Source: Laetmonice hystrix (Eukaryota). From it: 64,000 nt of DNA. Of this stretch, positions 23,536 to 36,439 are shown in pieces. Each line of letters starts with the position of its first letter. The stretch's first letter is position 1. Below the pieces are notes generated by a model that saw only the letters and a program-made list of their open reading frames with translations, was not told the DNA's origin and made no database searches. The DNA lies in assembly GCA_965235115.1 (NCBI GenBank), contig OZ249436.1:40486001-40550000 (forward strand), given 5' to 3'. The translations under genes and the position numbers were made by a program.

Positions 23536-24452
23536 GGTGTGGCAGCTGTGGTAAGTTGAAGGTAGCTTTGATGTTGATGTGACTGCAGCGATACCTTGGG
23601 CGGATCTGTGCTTGAGTCACTGAAACAGGATGCCTATATAGGCGTCTTCATCTTAAGGTGCGATTCAAGGTGAGACCAAAACCATCAAGCCTTCGTCTCG
23701 CATTTCTTTGAAGGGCAGTTCGATTGACAACTTCAAGTAACACAACCTCTGGGATGAAAGAAAAAGGTGTTAGTTATAGATAAAGTGTTTGTAACACATT
23801 TGAACGTAGGTGACGAAAGGCCAGGATTCATCTTATGACTTCAAAGATTCACACCTTGATTTTGTATGACTCATAGTTGAGCTTCAAAGGTTCACACATG
23901 AGCCGGGATGGTCCATGGTGTAGCAGCTGTGGTAAGTTGATGGTAGCTTTGATGGTAATGTGACTGCAGCGATACATTGGGCGGATCTGTGCTTGAGCCA
24001 CTAACCAGGGTGCCTACATAGGCGTCTTCATCTTAAGGTGCGATTGAAGGTGAGACCAAAACCATCAAGCCTTCGTCTCGCATTTCTTTGAAGGGCAGTC
24101 CGATTGACAACTTGAAGTAACACAACTTCTGGGATAAAAGAAAAAGGTGTTGGTTGGATAAAGTGTTTGTAACACATTTGGACCTAACTGACGAAGGGGC
24201 AGGACCCGTCTTATGACTTCAAAGATTCACACCTTGATTTTGTATGACTCACAGTTGAGCTTCACAGGTTCAGACATGGGCCGGGATGACTTGAGTCTCT
24301 ATCACCTCTATCATACATTAAAGCATAAATTGAGTATTGCCCCTAAACACGTCGTCTTTTAATAATATTGGTCATTGCAGTGTTTCCCTTCTTCCGTCCA
24401 GTTTTTATTTTATTTTTTGAAACATGGGAAGGGGGAAACTGAAACGTGGACA

Positions 24453-24534
24453 GACGAGGTGGCCGAGTGGTTAAGGCGATGGACTGCTAATCCATTGGGC
24501 TCTGCCCGCGTGGGTTCGAATCCCATCCTCGTCG
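24453..24534 (+). tRNA. trnS: tRNA-Ser(GCT)
   Basis: Canonical sequence followed by T6. Confidence 0.95.
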
Positions 24535-25109
24535 AACTTTTTTGGGGGAAGAATTTGTCTCCTTATATAGCTATTTCCCTATTGGATTCAGGCACAAGAT
24601 AGCAGTGATGGAGCCTGCCCTCTATTGGCAGAATACTGAAACGCCAGTTTGAAGAGGTGTCGGCCTTGGTGTTTTATACTCAACGTGGCCTCCAGGCTTA
24701 AAACTTAAGACGTCGTAGTACGAAACGACGAGTAATCAATAGATTCTTTACATTTCCCCTCCCCCAACAGGAATGGTATATTTATGCACAAAAGGGTCTT
24801 TTAAATCCGTTTTAATGGCGTTGCCGGATGAGGTGAGAGACGATCGGTAGCAGAAATGTAATTTCCTGGTAGTCTCTGCGTTTAGCATCTACTAGACCAG
24901 GAAGATTGGGGAATTTTGAAACCATGATGAAAGAGCAACAAACATATCGAAAATAGAATTAATCAGTTTATTTGCATGATATTTACACATTCTATGTAGT
25001 ACAAGGGACGAAGATCATGTTTTCCTTGACCGTTCGTATAATCTCAGCAACATATAGCACCAAAGTGTTCACAAGAAATAATTGTGTTCGCTTCAAAATT
25101 CAGTAACAA

Positions 25110-26039
25110 CTATTCTCTGCAGATCCCGTCAAACTGCACCAGTCCTTCAACTTTGCAACTCGGCCGCGGGCGCGTGAAGTCGTGCAACGCAGAGATGTTG
25201 GGACGTCTCTTGGTTGGGGGTTCGCAATCGTCTGTGGCCTCGTCAGAATGCACTGTTCGTTGACAAGTCTCTGGCCTGTCTGTTTTCCCTTTTCTCTTCT
25301 CTCTCATGGAGCGTTCCCTTGACATCCAGTTACGCACCCACTGAGAAGTTCGGCCCAGCTCCTTTGCAAGTCGGTCTGCCTCGTCGGACGTAGGGTACGG
25401 ATAGTCGACGTTTTCCCGGAACCACTTGCGCAGCACTGAGGAAGTTGGCGTCTCCGCTGTGGTCTGGGTCCGTCGCACTGGACGGAGTCGCTTGGGCCTG
25501 GCTGTCTTCCTACAGCAGATCCTGGTAGGTGGCGCTACTGGACAGGAAGGCGGCATGGGTACGGGATAAGTCAGAGATACGGCCGACTTGTAACGGACAA
25601 AACTGCCGATGGCATGATCAAGTAGCACGTGTTTCTCGTTGTCATAGAAGTGGTGGATGGTCGGCTGGAATCTCAGGTTGTCAGCGTGTCCGTACTCGGC
25701 TTGAAGGCGCAGCGTCTCGAGGGTCCTTGTCTCTTGTAAGTAGCACTCAACCAGCGTCTTCAACCATCTGGAGTTGTCTGTCTTCTGGAAACTGTCGACT
25801 TGGTGGAGGAACCCAACGTGCCGATGATGTAAACTTGTACATCCTTGGTACTGCCTCTGGCATCGGCCCGCCCACAGGGACGTAGAGGGCGTCTTACTGG
25901 AGGGCTTCCAGGTACCGGCCTCCAGGCTGCTCCACTCTGGGTCGTCTGGAGACATGGGAGCGATGACAATCGGGGCGACCTCGACCAGGCTGGTGTCGAC
26001 CGCCGGCCGACTTGTTACATTCCCAGGTCGGTAATCCAT
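25110..26039 (-). CDS. Divergent TALE homeodomain protein, 309 aa
   Basis: Intact ORF (NEK variant). Confidence 0.85.
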   Translation of the reverse strand: MDYRPGNVTSRPAVDTSLVEVAPIVIAPMSPDDPEWSSLEAGTWKPSSKTPSTSLWAGRCQRQYQGCTSLHHRHVGFLHQVDSFQKTDNSRWLKTLVECYLQETRTLETLRLQAEYGHADNLRFQPTIHHFYDNEKHVLLDHAIGSFVRYKSAVSLTYPVPMPPSCPVAPPTRICCRKTARPKRLRPVRRTQTTAETPTSSVLRKWFRENVDYPYPTSDEADRLAKELGRTSQWVRNWMSRERSMREKRKGKTDRPETCQRTVHSDEATDDCEPPTKRRPNISALHDFTRPRPSCKVEGLVQFDGICRE

Positions 26040-26956
26040 GGTGTGGCAGCTGTGGTTAGTTGAAGGTAGCTTTGATGGTGATGTGACTGCAGCGATACCT
26101 TGGGCGGATCTGTGCTTGAGTCACTGAAACAGGATGCCTATATAGGCGTCTTCATCTTAAGGTGCGATTCAAGGTGAGACCAAAACCATCAAGCCTTCGT
26201 CTCGCATTTCTTTGAAGGGCAGTTCGATTGACAACTTCAAGTAACACAACCTCTGGGATGAAAGAAAAAGGTGTTAGTTATAGATAAAGTGTTTGTAACA
26301 CATTTGAACGTAGGTGACGAAAGGCCAGGATTCATCTTATGACTTCAAAGATTCACACCTTGATTTTGTATGACTCATAGTTGAGCTTCAAAGGTTCACA
26401 CATGGGCCGGGATGGTCCATGGTGTAGCAGCTGTGGTAAGTTGATGGTAGCTTTGATGGTGATGTGACTGCAGCGATACATTGGGCGGATCTGTGCTTGA
26501 GCCACTAACCAGGGTGCCTACATAGGCGTCTTCATCTTAAGGTGCGATTGAAGGTGAGACCAAAACCATCAAGCCTTCGTCTCGCATTTCTTTGAAGGGC
26601 AGTCCGATTGACAACTTGAAGTAACACAACTTCTGGGATAAAAGAAAAAGGTGTTGGTTGGATAAAGTGTTTGTAACACATTTGGACCTAACTGACGAAG
26701 GGGCAGGACCCGTCTTATGACTTCAAAGATTCACACCTTGATTTTGTATGACTCACAGTTGAGCTTCACAGGTTCAGACATGGGCCGGGATGACTTGAGT
26801 CTCTATCACCTCTATCATACATTAAAGCATAAATTGAGTATTGCCCCTAAACACGTCGTCTTTTAATAATATTGGTCATTGCAGTGTTTCCCTTCTTCCG
26901 TCCAGTTTTTATTTTATTTTTTGAAACATGGGAAGGGGGAAACTGAAACGTGGACA

Positions 26957-27038
26957 GACGAGGTGGCCGAGTGGTTAAGGCGATGGACTGCTAATCCATT
27001 GGGCTCTGCCCGCGTGGGTTCGAATCCCATCCTCGTCG
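26957..27038 (+). tRNA. trnS: tRNA-Ser(GCT)
   Basis: Canonical sequence followed by T6. Confidence 0.95.
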
Positions 27039-27612
27039 AACTTTTTTGGGGGAAGAATTTGTCTCCTTATATAGCTAATTCCCTATTGGATTCAGGCACA
27101 AGATAGCAGTGATGGAGCCTGCCCTCTATTGGCAGAATACTGAAACGCCAGTTTGAAGAGGTGTCGGCCTTGGTGTTTTATATTCAACGTGGCCTCCAGG
27201 CTTAAAACTTAAGACGTCGTAGTAGGAAACGACGAGTAATCAATAGATTCTTTACATTTCCCCTCCCCCAACAGGAATGGTATATTTATGCACAAAAGGG
27301 TCTTTTAAATCCGTTTTAATGGCGTTGCCGGATGAGGTGAGAGACGATCGGTAGCAGAAATGTAATTTCCTGGTAGTCTCTGCGTTTAGCATCTCTAGAC
27401 CAGGAAGATTGAGGAATTTTGAAACCATGATGAAAGAGCAACAAACATATCGAAAATAGAATTAATCAGTTTATTTGCATGATATTTACACATTCTATGT
27501 AGTACAAGGGACGAAGATCATGTTTTCCTTGACCGTTCGTATAATCTCAGCAACATATAGCACCAAAGTGTTCACAAGAAATAATTGTGTTCGCTTCACA
27601 ATTCAGTAACAA

Positions 27613-28542
27613 CTATTCTCTGCAGATCCCGTCAAACTGCACCAGTCCTTCAACTTTGCAACTCGGCCGCGGGCGCGTGAAGTCGTGCAACGCAGAGATG
27701 TTGGGACGTCTCTTGGTTGGGGGTTCGCAATCGTCTGTGGCCTCGTCAGAATGCACTGTTCGTTGACAAGTCTCTGGCCTGTCTGTTTTCCCTTTTCTCT
27801 TCTCTCTCATGGAGCGTTCCCTTGACATCCAGTTACGCACCCACTGAGAAGTTCGGCCCAGCTCCTTTGCAAGTCGGTCTGCCTCGTCGGACGTAGGGTA
27901 CGGATAGTCGACGTTTTCCCGGAACCACTTGCGCAGCACTGAGGAAGTTGGCGTCTCCGCTGTGGTCTGGGTCCGTCGCACTGGACGGAGTCGCTTGGGC
28001 CTGGCTGTCTTCCTACAGCAGATCCTGGTAGGTGGCGCTACTGGACAGGAAGGCGGCATGGGTACGGGATAAGTCAGAGATACGGCCGACTTGTAACGGA
28101 CAAAACTGCCGATGGCATGATCAAGTAGCACGTGTCTCTCGTTGTCATAGAAGTGGTGGATGGTCGGCTGGAATCTCAGGTTGTCAGCGTGTCCGTACTC
28201 GGCTTGAAGGCGCAGCGTCTCGAGGGTCCTTGTCTCTTGTAAGTAGCACTCAACCAGCGTCTTCAACCATCTGGAGTTGTCTGTCTTCTGGAAACTGTCG
28301 ACTTGGTGGAGGAACCCAACGTGCCGATGATGTAAACTTGTACATCCTTGGTACTGCCTCTGGCATCGGCCCGCCCACAGGGACGTAGAGGGCGTCTTAC
28401 TGGAGGGCTTCCAGGTACCGGCCTCCAGGCTGCTCCACTCTGGGTCGTCTGGAGACATGGGAGCGATGACAATCGGGGCGACCTCGACCAGGCTGGTGTC
28501 GACCGCCGGCCGACTTGTTACATTCCCAGGTCGGTAATCCAT
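27613..28542 (-). CDS. Divergent TALE homeodomain protein, 309 aa
   Basis: Intact ORF. Confidence 0.85.
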   Translation of the reverse strand: MDYRPGNVTSRPAVDTSLVEVAPIVIAPMSPDDPEWSSLEAGTWKPSSKTPSTSLWAGRCQRQYQGCTSLHHRHVGFLHQVDSFQKTDNSRWLKTLVECYLQETRTLETLRLQAEYGHADNLRFQPTIHHFYDNERHVLLDHAIGSFVRYKSAVSLTYPVPMPPSCPVAPPTRICCRKTARPKRLRPVRRTQTTAETPTSSVLRKWFRENVDYPYPTSDEADRLAKELGRTSQWVRNWMSRERSMREKRKGKTDRPETCQRTVHSDEATDDCEPPTKRRPNISALHDFTRPRPSCKVEGLVQFDGICRE

Positions 28543-29459
28543 GGTGTGGCAGCTGTGGTAAGTTGAAGGTAGCTTTGATGGTGATGTGACTGCAGCGATA
28601 CCTTGGGCGGATCTGTGCTTGAGTCACTGAAACAGGATGCCTATATAGGCGTCTTCATCTTAAGGTGCGATTCAAGGTGAGACCAAAACCATCAAGCCTT
28701 CGTCTCGCATTTCTTTGAAGGGCAGTTCGATTGACAACTTCAAGTAACACAACCTCTGGGATGAAAGAAAAAGGTGTTAGTTATAGATAAAGTGTTTGTA
28801 ACACATTTGAACGTAGGTGACGAAAGGCCAGGATTCATCTTATGACTTCAAAGATTCACACCTTGATTTTGTATGACTCATAGTTGAGCTTCAAAGGTTC
28901 ACACATGGGCCGGGATGGTCCATGGTGTAGCAGCTGTGGTAAGTTGATGGTAGCTTTGATGGTGATGTGACTGCAGCGATACATTGGGCGGATCTGTGCT
29001 TGAGCCACTAACCAGGGTGCCTACATAGGCGTCTTCATCTTAAGGTGCGATTGAAGGTGAGACCAAAACCATCAAGCCTTCGTCTCGCATTTCTTTGAAG
29101 GGCAGTCCGATTGACAACTTGAAGTAACACAACTTCTGGGATAAAAGAAAAAGGTGTTGGTTGGATAAAGTGTTTGTAACACATTTGGACCTAACTGACG
29201 AAGGGGCAGGACCCGTCTTATGACTTCAAAGATTCACACCTTGATTTTGTATGACTCACAGTTGAGCTTCACAGGTTCAGACATGGGCCGGGATGACTTG
29301 AGTCTCTATCACCTCTATCATACATTAAAGCATAAATTGAGTATTGCCCCTAAACACGTCGTCTTTTAATAATATTGGTCATTGCAGTGTTTCCCTTCTT
29401 CCGTCCAGTTTTTATTTTATTTTTTGAAACATGGGAAGGGGGAAACTGAAACGTGGACA

Positions 29460-29541
29460 GACGAGGTGGCCGAGTGGTTAAGGCGATGGACTGCTAATCC
29501 ATTGGGCTCTGCCCGCGTGGGTTCGAATCCCATCCTCGTCG
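29460..29541 (+). tRNA. trnS: tRNA-Ser(GCT)
   Basis: Canonical sequence followed by T6. Confidence 0.95.
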
Positions 29542-30115
29542 AACTTTTTTGGGGGAAGAATTTGTCTCCTTATATAGCTAATTCCCTATTGGATTCAGGC
29601 ACAAGATAGCAGTGATGGAGCCTGCCCTCTATTGGCAGAATACTGAAACGCCAGTTTGAAGAGGTGTCGGCCTTGGTGTTTTATATTCAACGTGGCCTCC
29701 AGGCTTAAAACTTAAGACGTCGTAGTACGAAACGACGAGTAATCAATAGATTCTTTACATTTCCCCTCCCCCAACAGGAATGGTATATTTATGCACAAAA
29801 GGGTCTTTTAAATCCGTTTTAATGGCGTTGCCGGATGAGGTGAGAGACGATCGGTAGCAGAAATGTAATTTCCTGGTAGTCTCTGCGTTTAGCATCTCTA
29901 GACCAGGAAGATTGAGGAATTTTGAAACCATGATGAAAGAGCAACAAACATATCGAAAATAGAATTAATCAGTTTATTTGCATGATATTTACACATTCTA
30001 TGTAGTACAAGGGACGAAGATCATGTTTTCCTTGACCGTTCGTATAATCTCAGCAACATATAGCACCAAAGTGTTCACAAGAAATAATTGTGTTCGCTTC
30101 ACAATTCAGTAACAA

Positions 30116-31045
30116 CTATTCTCTGCAGATCCCGTCAAACTGCACCAGTCCTTCAACTTTGCAACTCGGCCGCGGGCGCGTGAAGTCGTGCAACGCAGAG
30201 ATGTTGGGACGTCTCTTGGTTGGTGGTTCGCAATCGTCTGTGGCCTCGTCAGAATGCACTGTTCGTTGACAAGTCTCTGGCCTGTCTGTTTTCCCTTTTC
30301 TCTTCTCTCTCATGGAGCGTTCCCTTGACATCCAGTTACGCACCCACTGAGAAGTTCGGCCCAGCTCCTTTGCAAGTCGGTCTGCCTCGTCGGACGTAGG
30401 GTACGGATAGTCGACGTTTTCCCGGAACCACTTGCGCAGCACTGAGGAAGTTGGCGTCTCCGCTGTGGTCTGGGTCCGTCGCACTGGACGGAGTCGCTTG
30501 GGCCTGGCTGGCTTCCTACAGCAGATCCTGGTAGGTGGCGCTACTGGACAGGAAGGCGGCATGGGTACGGGATAAGTCAGAGATACGGCCGACTTGTAAC
30601 GGACAAAACTGCCGATGGCATGATCAAGTAGCACGTGTCTCTCGTTGTCATAGAAGTGGTGGATGGTCGGCTGGAATCTCAGGTTGTCAGCGTGTCCGTA
30701 CTCGGCTTGAAGGCGCAGCGTCTCGAGGGTCCTTGTCTCTTGTAAGTAGCACTCAACCAGCGTCTTCAACCATCTGGAGTTGTCTGTCTTCTGGAAACTG
30801 TCGACTTGGTGGAGGAACCCAACGTGCCGATGATGTAAACTTGTACATACTTGGTACTGCCTCTGGCATCGGCCCGCCCACAGGGACGTAGAGGGCGTCT
30901 TACTGGAGGGCTTCCAGGTACCGGCCTCCAGGCTGCTCCACTCTGGGTCGTCTGGAGACATGGGAGCGATGACAATCGGGGCGACCTCGACCAGGCTGGT
31001 GTCGACCGCCGGCCGACTTGTTACATTCCCAGGTCGGTAATCCAT
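30116..31045 (-). CDS. Divergent TALE homeodomain protein, 309 aa
   Basis: Intact ORF. Confidence 0.85.
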   Translation of the reverse strand: MDYRPGNVTSRPAVDTSLVEVAPIVIAPMSPDDPEWSSLEAGTWKPSSKTPSTSLWAGRCQRQYQVCTSLHHRHVGFLHQVDSFQKTDNSRWLKTLVECYLQETRTLETLRLQAEYGHADNLRFQPTIHHFYDNERHVLLDHAIGSFVRYKSAVSLTYPVPMPPSCPVAPPTRICCRKPARPKRLRPVRRTQTTAETPTSSVLRKWFRENVDYPYPTSDEADRLAKELGRTSQWVRNWMSRERSMREKRKGKTDRPETCQRTVHSDEATDDCEPPTKRRPNISALHDFTRPRPSCKVEGLVQFDGICRE

Positions 31046-31961
31046 GGTGTGGCAGCTGTGGTAAGTTGAAGGTAGCTTTGATGTTGATGTGACTGCAGCG
31101 ATACCTTGGGCGGATCTGTGCTTGAGTCACTGAAACAGGATGCCTATATAGGCGTCTTCATCTTAAGGTGCGATTCAAGGTGAGACCAAAACCATCAAGC
31201 CTTCGTCTCGCATTTCTTTGAAGGGCAGTTCGATTGACAACTTCAAGTAACACAACCTCTGGGATGAAAGAAAAAGGTGTTAGTTATAGATAAAGTGTTT
31301 GTAACACATTTGAACGTAGGTGACGAAAGGCCAGGATTCATCTTATGACTTCAAAGATTCACACCTTGATTTTGTATGACTCATAGTTGAGCTTCAAAGG
31401 TTCACACATGGGCCGGGATGGTCCATGGTGTAGCAGCTGTGGTAAGTTGATGGTAGCTTTGATGGTGATGTGACTGCAGCGATACATTGGGCGGATCTGT
31501 GCTTGAGCCACTAACCAGGGTGCCTACATAGGCGTCTTCATCTTAAGGTGCGATTGAAGGTGAGACCAAAACCATCAAGCCTTCGTCTCGCATTTCTTTG
31601 AAGGGCAGTCCGATTGACAACTTGAAGTAACACAACTTCTGGGATAAAAGAAAAAGGTGTTGGTTGGATAAAGTGTTTGTAACACATTTGGACCTAACTG
31701 ACGAAGGGGCAGGACCCTTCTTATGACTTCAAAGATTCACACCTTGATTTTGTATGACTCACAGTTGAGCTTCACAGGTTCAGACATGGGCCGGGATGAC
31801 TTGAGTCTCTATCACCTCTATCATACATTAAAGCATAAATTGAGTATTGCCCCTAAACACGTCGTCTTTTAATAATATTGGTCATTGCAGTGTTTCCCTT
31901 CTTCCGTCCAGTTTTTATTTATTTTTTGAAACATGGGAAGGGGGAAACTGAAACGTGGACA

Positions 31962-32042
31962 GACGAGGTGGCCGAGTGGTTAAGGCGATGGATGCTAATC
32001 CATTGGGCTCTGCCCGCGTGGGTTCGAATCCCATCCTCGTCG
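31962..32042 (+). tRNA. trnS: tRNA-Ser(GCT) with C32 deleted (6-nt anticodon loop); probable pseudo-tRNA or sequence error
   Basis: GGATGCTAATCC instead of GGACTGCTAATCC; 81 nt. Confidence 0.65.
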
Positions 32043-32616
32043 AACTTTTTTGGGGGAAGAATTTGTCTCCTTATATAGCTAATTCCCTATTGGATTCAGG
32101 CACAAGATAGCAGTGATGGAGCCTGCCCTCTATTGGCAGAATACTGAAACGCCAGTTTGAAGAGGTGTCGGCCTTGGTGTTTTATATTCAACGTGGCCTC
32201 CAGGCTTAAAACTTAAGACGTCGTAGTACGAAACGACGAGTAATCAATAGATTCTTTACATTTCCCCTCCCCCAACAGGAATGGTATATTTATGCACAAA
32301 AGGGTCTTTTAAATCCGTTTTAATGGCGTTGCCGGATGAGGTGAGAGACGATCGGTAGCAGAAATGTAATTTCCTGGTAGTCTCTGCGTTTAGCATCTCT
32401 AGACCAGGAAGATTGGGGAATTTTGAAACCATGATGAAAGAGCAACAAACATATCGAAAATAGAATTAATCAGTTTATTTGCATGATATTTACACATTCT
32501 ATGTAGTACAAGGGACGAGGATCATGTTTTCCTTGACCGTTCGTATAATCTCAGCAACATATAGCACCAAAGTGTTCACAAGAAATAATTGTGTTCGCTT
32601 CACAATTCAGTAACAA

Positions 32617-33546
32617 CTATTCTCTGCAGATCCCGTCAAACTGCACCAGTCCTTCAACTTTGCAACTCGGCCGCGGGCGCGTGAAGTCGTGCAACGCAGA
32701 GATGTTGGGACGTCTCTTGGTTGGGGGTTCGCAATCGTCTGTGGCCTCGTCAGAATGCACTGTTCGTTGACAAGTCTCTGGCCTGTCTGTTTTCCCTTTT
32801 CTCTTCTCTCTCATGGAGCGTTCCCTTGACATCCAGTTGCGCACCCACTGAGAAGTTCGGCCCAGCTCCTTTGCAAGTCGGTCTGCCTCGTCGGACGTAG
32901 GGTACGGATAGTCGACGTTTTCCCGGAACCACTTGCGCAGCACTGAGGAAGTTGGCGTCTCCGCTGTGGTCTGGGTCCGTCGCACTGGACGGAGTCGCTT
33001 GGGCCTGGCTGGCTTCCTACAGCAGATCCTGGTAGGTGGCGCTACTGGACAGGAAGGCGGCATGGGTACGGGATAAGTCAGAGATACGGCCGACTTGTAA
33101 CGGACAAAACTGCCGATGGCATGATCAAGTAGCACGTGTCTCTCGTTGTCATAGAAGTGGTGGATGGTCGGCTGGAATCTCAGGTTGTCAGCGTGTCCGT
33201 ACTCGGCTTGAAGGCGCAGCGTCTCGAGGGTCCTTGTCTCTTGTAAGTAGCACTCAACCAGCGTCTTCAACCATCTGGAGTTGTCTGTCTTCTGGAAACT
33301 GTCGACTTGGTGGAGGAACCCAACGTGCCGATGATGTAAACTTGTACATCCTTGGTACTGCCTCTGGCATCGGCCCGCCCACAGGGACGTAGAGGGCGTC
33401 TTACTGGAGGGCTTCCAGGTACCGGCCTCCAGGCTGCTCCACTCTGGGTCGTCTGGAGACATGGGAGCGATGACAATCGGGGCGACCTCGACCAGGCTGG
33501 TGTCGACCGCCGGCCGACTTGTTACATTCCCAGGTCGGTAATCCAT
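32617..33546 (-). CDS. Divergent TALE homeodomain protein, 309 aa
   Basis: Intact ORF. Confidence 0.85.
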   Translation of the reverse strand: MDYRPGNVTSRPAVDTSLVEVAPIVIAPMSPDDPEWSSLEAGTWKPSSKTPSTSLWAGRCQRQYQGCTSLHHRHVGFLHQVDSFQKTDNSRWLKTLVECYLQETRTLETLRLQAEYGHADNLRFQPTIHHFYDNERHVLLDHAIGSFVRYKSAVSLTYPVPMPPSCPVAPPTRICCRKPARPKRLRPVRRTQTTAETPTSSVLRKWFRENVDYPYPTSDEADRLAKELGRTSQWVRNWMSRERSMREKRKGKTDRPETCQRTVHSDEATDDCEPPTKRRPNISALHDFTRPRPSCKVEGLVQFDGICRE

Positions 33547-34443
33547 GGTGTGGCAGCTGTGGTAAGTTGAAGGTAGCTTTGATGTTGATGTGACTGCAGC
33601 GATACCTTGGGCGGATCTGTGCTTGAGTCACTGAAACAGGATGCCTATATAGGCGTCTTCATCTTAAGGTGCGATTCAAGGTGAGACCAAAACCATCAAG
33701 CCTTCGTCTCGCATTTCTTTGAAGGGCAGTTCGATTGACAACTTCAAGTAACACAACCTCTGGGATGAAAGAAAAAGGTGTTAGTTATAGATAAAGTGTT
33801 TGTAACACATTTGAACGTAGGTGACGAAAGGCCAGGATTCATCTTATGACTTCAAAGATTCACACCTTGATTTTGTATGACTCATAGTTGAGCTTCAAAG
33901 GTTCACACATGGGCCGGGATGGTCCATGGTGTAGCAGCTGTGGTAAGTTGATGGTAGCTTTGATGGTGATGTGACTGCAGCGATACATTGGGCGGATCTG
34001 TGCTTGAGCCACTAACCAGGGTGCCTACATAGGCGTCTTCATCTTAAGGTGCGATTGAAGGTGAGACCAAAACCATCAAGCCTTCGTCTCGCATTTCTTT
34101 GAAGGGCAGTCCGATTGACTGGGATAAAAGAAAAAGGTGTTGGTTGGATAAAGTGTTTGTAACACATTTGGACCTAACTGACGAAGGGGCAGGACCCGTC
34201 TTATGACTTCAAAGATTCACACCTTGATTTTGTATGACTCACAGTTGAGCTTCACAGGTTCAGACATGGGCCGGGATGACTTGAGTCTCTATCACCTCTA
34301 TCATACATTAAAGCATAAATTGAGTATTGCCCCTAAACACGTCGTCTTTTAATAATATTGGTGATTGCAGTGGTTTCCCTTCTTCCGTCCAGTTTTTATT
34401 TTATTTTTTGAAACATGGGAAGGGGGAAACTGAAACGTGGACA

Positions 34444-34525
34444 GACGAGTCGGCCGAGTGGTTAAGGCGATGGACTGCTAATCCATTGGGCTCTGCCCGC
34501 GTGGGTTCGAATCCCATCCTCGTCG
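34444..34525 (+). tRNA. trnS: tRNA-Ser(GCT), variant G7T/T8C
   Basis: GACGAGTCGGCC instead of GACGAGGTGGCC. Confidence 0.7.
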
Positions 34526-34802
34526 AACTTTTTTGGGGGAAGAATTTGTCTCCTTATATAGCTAATTCCCTATTGGATTCAGGCACAAGATAGCAGTGAT
34601 GGAGCCTGCCCTCTATTGGCAGAATACTGAAACGCCAGTTTGAAGAGGTGTCGGCCTTGGTGTTTTATATTCAACGTGGCCTCCAGGCTTAAAACTTAAG
34701 ACGTCGTAGTACGAAACGACGAGTAATCAATAGATTCTTTACATTTCCCCTCCCCCAACAGGAATGGTATATTTATGCACAAAAGGGTCTTTTAAATCCG
34801 TT

Positions 34803-35522
34803 TTAATGGCGTTGCCGGATGAGGTGAGAGACGATCGGTAGCAGAAATGTAATTTCCTGGTAGTCTCTGCGTTTAGCATCTCTAGACCAGGAAGATTCCC
34901 GGAACCACTTGCGCAGCACTGAGGAAGTTGGCGTCTCCGCTGTGGTCTGGGTCCGTCGCACTGGACGGAGTCGCTTGGGCCTGGCTGGCTTCCTACAGCA
35001 GATCCTGGTAGGTGGCGCTACTGGACACGAAGGCGGCATGGGTACGGGATAAGTCAGAGATACGGCCGACTTGTAACGGACAAAACTGCCGATGGCATGA
35101 TCAAGTAGCACGTGTCTCTCGTTGTCATAGAAGTGGTGGATGGTCGGCTGGAATCTCAGGTTGTCAGCGTGTCCGTACTCGGCTTGAAGGCGCAGCGTCT
35201 CGAGGGTCCTTGTCTCTTGTAAGTAGCACTCAACCAGCGTCTTCAACCATCTGGAGTTGTCTGTCTTCTGGAAACTGTCGACTTGGTGGAGGAACCCAAC
35301 GTGCCGATGATGTAAACTTGTACATCCTTGGTACTGCCTCTGGCATCGGCCCGCCCACAGGGACGTAGAGGGCGTCTTACTGGAGGGCTTCCAGGTACCG
35401 GCCTCCAGGCTGCTCCACTCTGGGTCGTCTGGAGACATGGGAGCGATGACAATCGGGGCGACCTCGACCAGGCTGGTGTCGACCGCCGGCCGACTTGTTA
35501 CATTCCCAGGTCGGTAATCCAT
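34803..35522 (-). pseudogene. TALE homeobox ORF truncated by a 507-bp deletion (239 aa, ends in helix 1 plus an unrelated tail)
   Basis: Junction GGAAGATT|CCCGGAACC at 34897/34898; unit length 1996 = 2503 - 507. Confidence 0.8.
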
Positions 35523-36439
35523 GGTGTGGCAGCTGTGGTAAGTTGAAGGTAGCTTTGATGGTGATGTGACTGCAGCGATACCTTGGGCGGATCTGTGCTT
35601 GAGTCACTGAAACAGGATGCCTATATAGGCGTCTTCATCTTAAGGTGCGATTCAAGGTGAGACCAAAACCATCAAGCCTTCGTCTCGCATTTCTTTGAAG
35701 GGCAGTTCGATTGACAACTTCAAGTAACACAACCTCTGGGATGAAAGAAAAAGGTGTTAGTTATAGATAAAGTGTTTGTAACACATTTGAACGTAGGTGA
35801 CGAAAGGCCAGGATTCATCTTATGACTTCAAAGATTCACACCTTGATTTTGTATGACTTATAGTTGAGCTTCAAAGGTTCACACATGGGCCGGGATGGTC
35901 CATGGTGTAGCAGCTGTGGTAAGTTGATGGTAGCTTTGATGGTGATGTGACTGCAGCGATACATTGGGCGGATCTGTGCTTGAGCCACTAACCAGGGTGC
36001 CTACATAGGCGTCTTCATCTTAAGGTGCGATTGAAGGTGAGACCAAAACCATCAAGCCTTCGTCTCGCATTTCTTTGAAGGGCAGTCCGATTGACAACTT
36101 GAAGTAACACAACTTCTGGGATAAAAGAAAAAGGTGTTGGTTGGATAAAGTGTTTGTAACACATTTGGACCTAACTGACGAAGGGGCAGGACCCGTCTTA
36201 TGACTTCAAAGATTCACACCTTGATTTTGTATGACTCACAGTTGAGCTTCACAGGTTCAGACATGGGCCGGGATGACTTGAGTCTCTATCACCTCTATCA
36301 TACATTAAAGCATAAATTGAGTATTGCCCCTAAACACGTCGTCTTTTAATAATATTGGTCATTGCAGTGTTTCCCTTCTTCCGTCCAGTTTTTATTTTAT
36401 TTTTTGAAACATGGGAAGGGGGAAACTGAAACGTGGACA

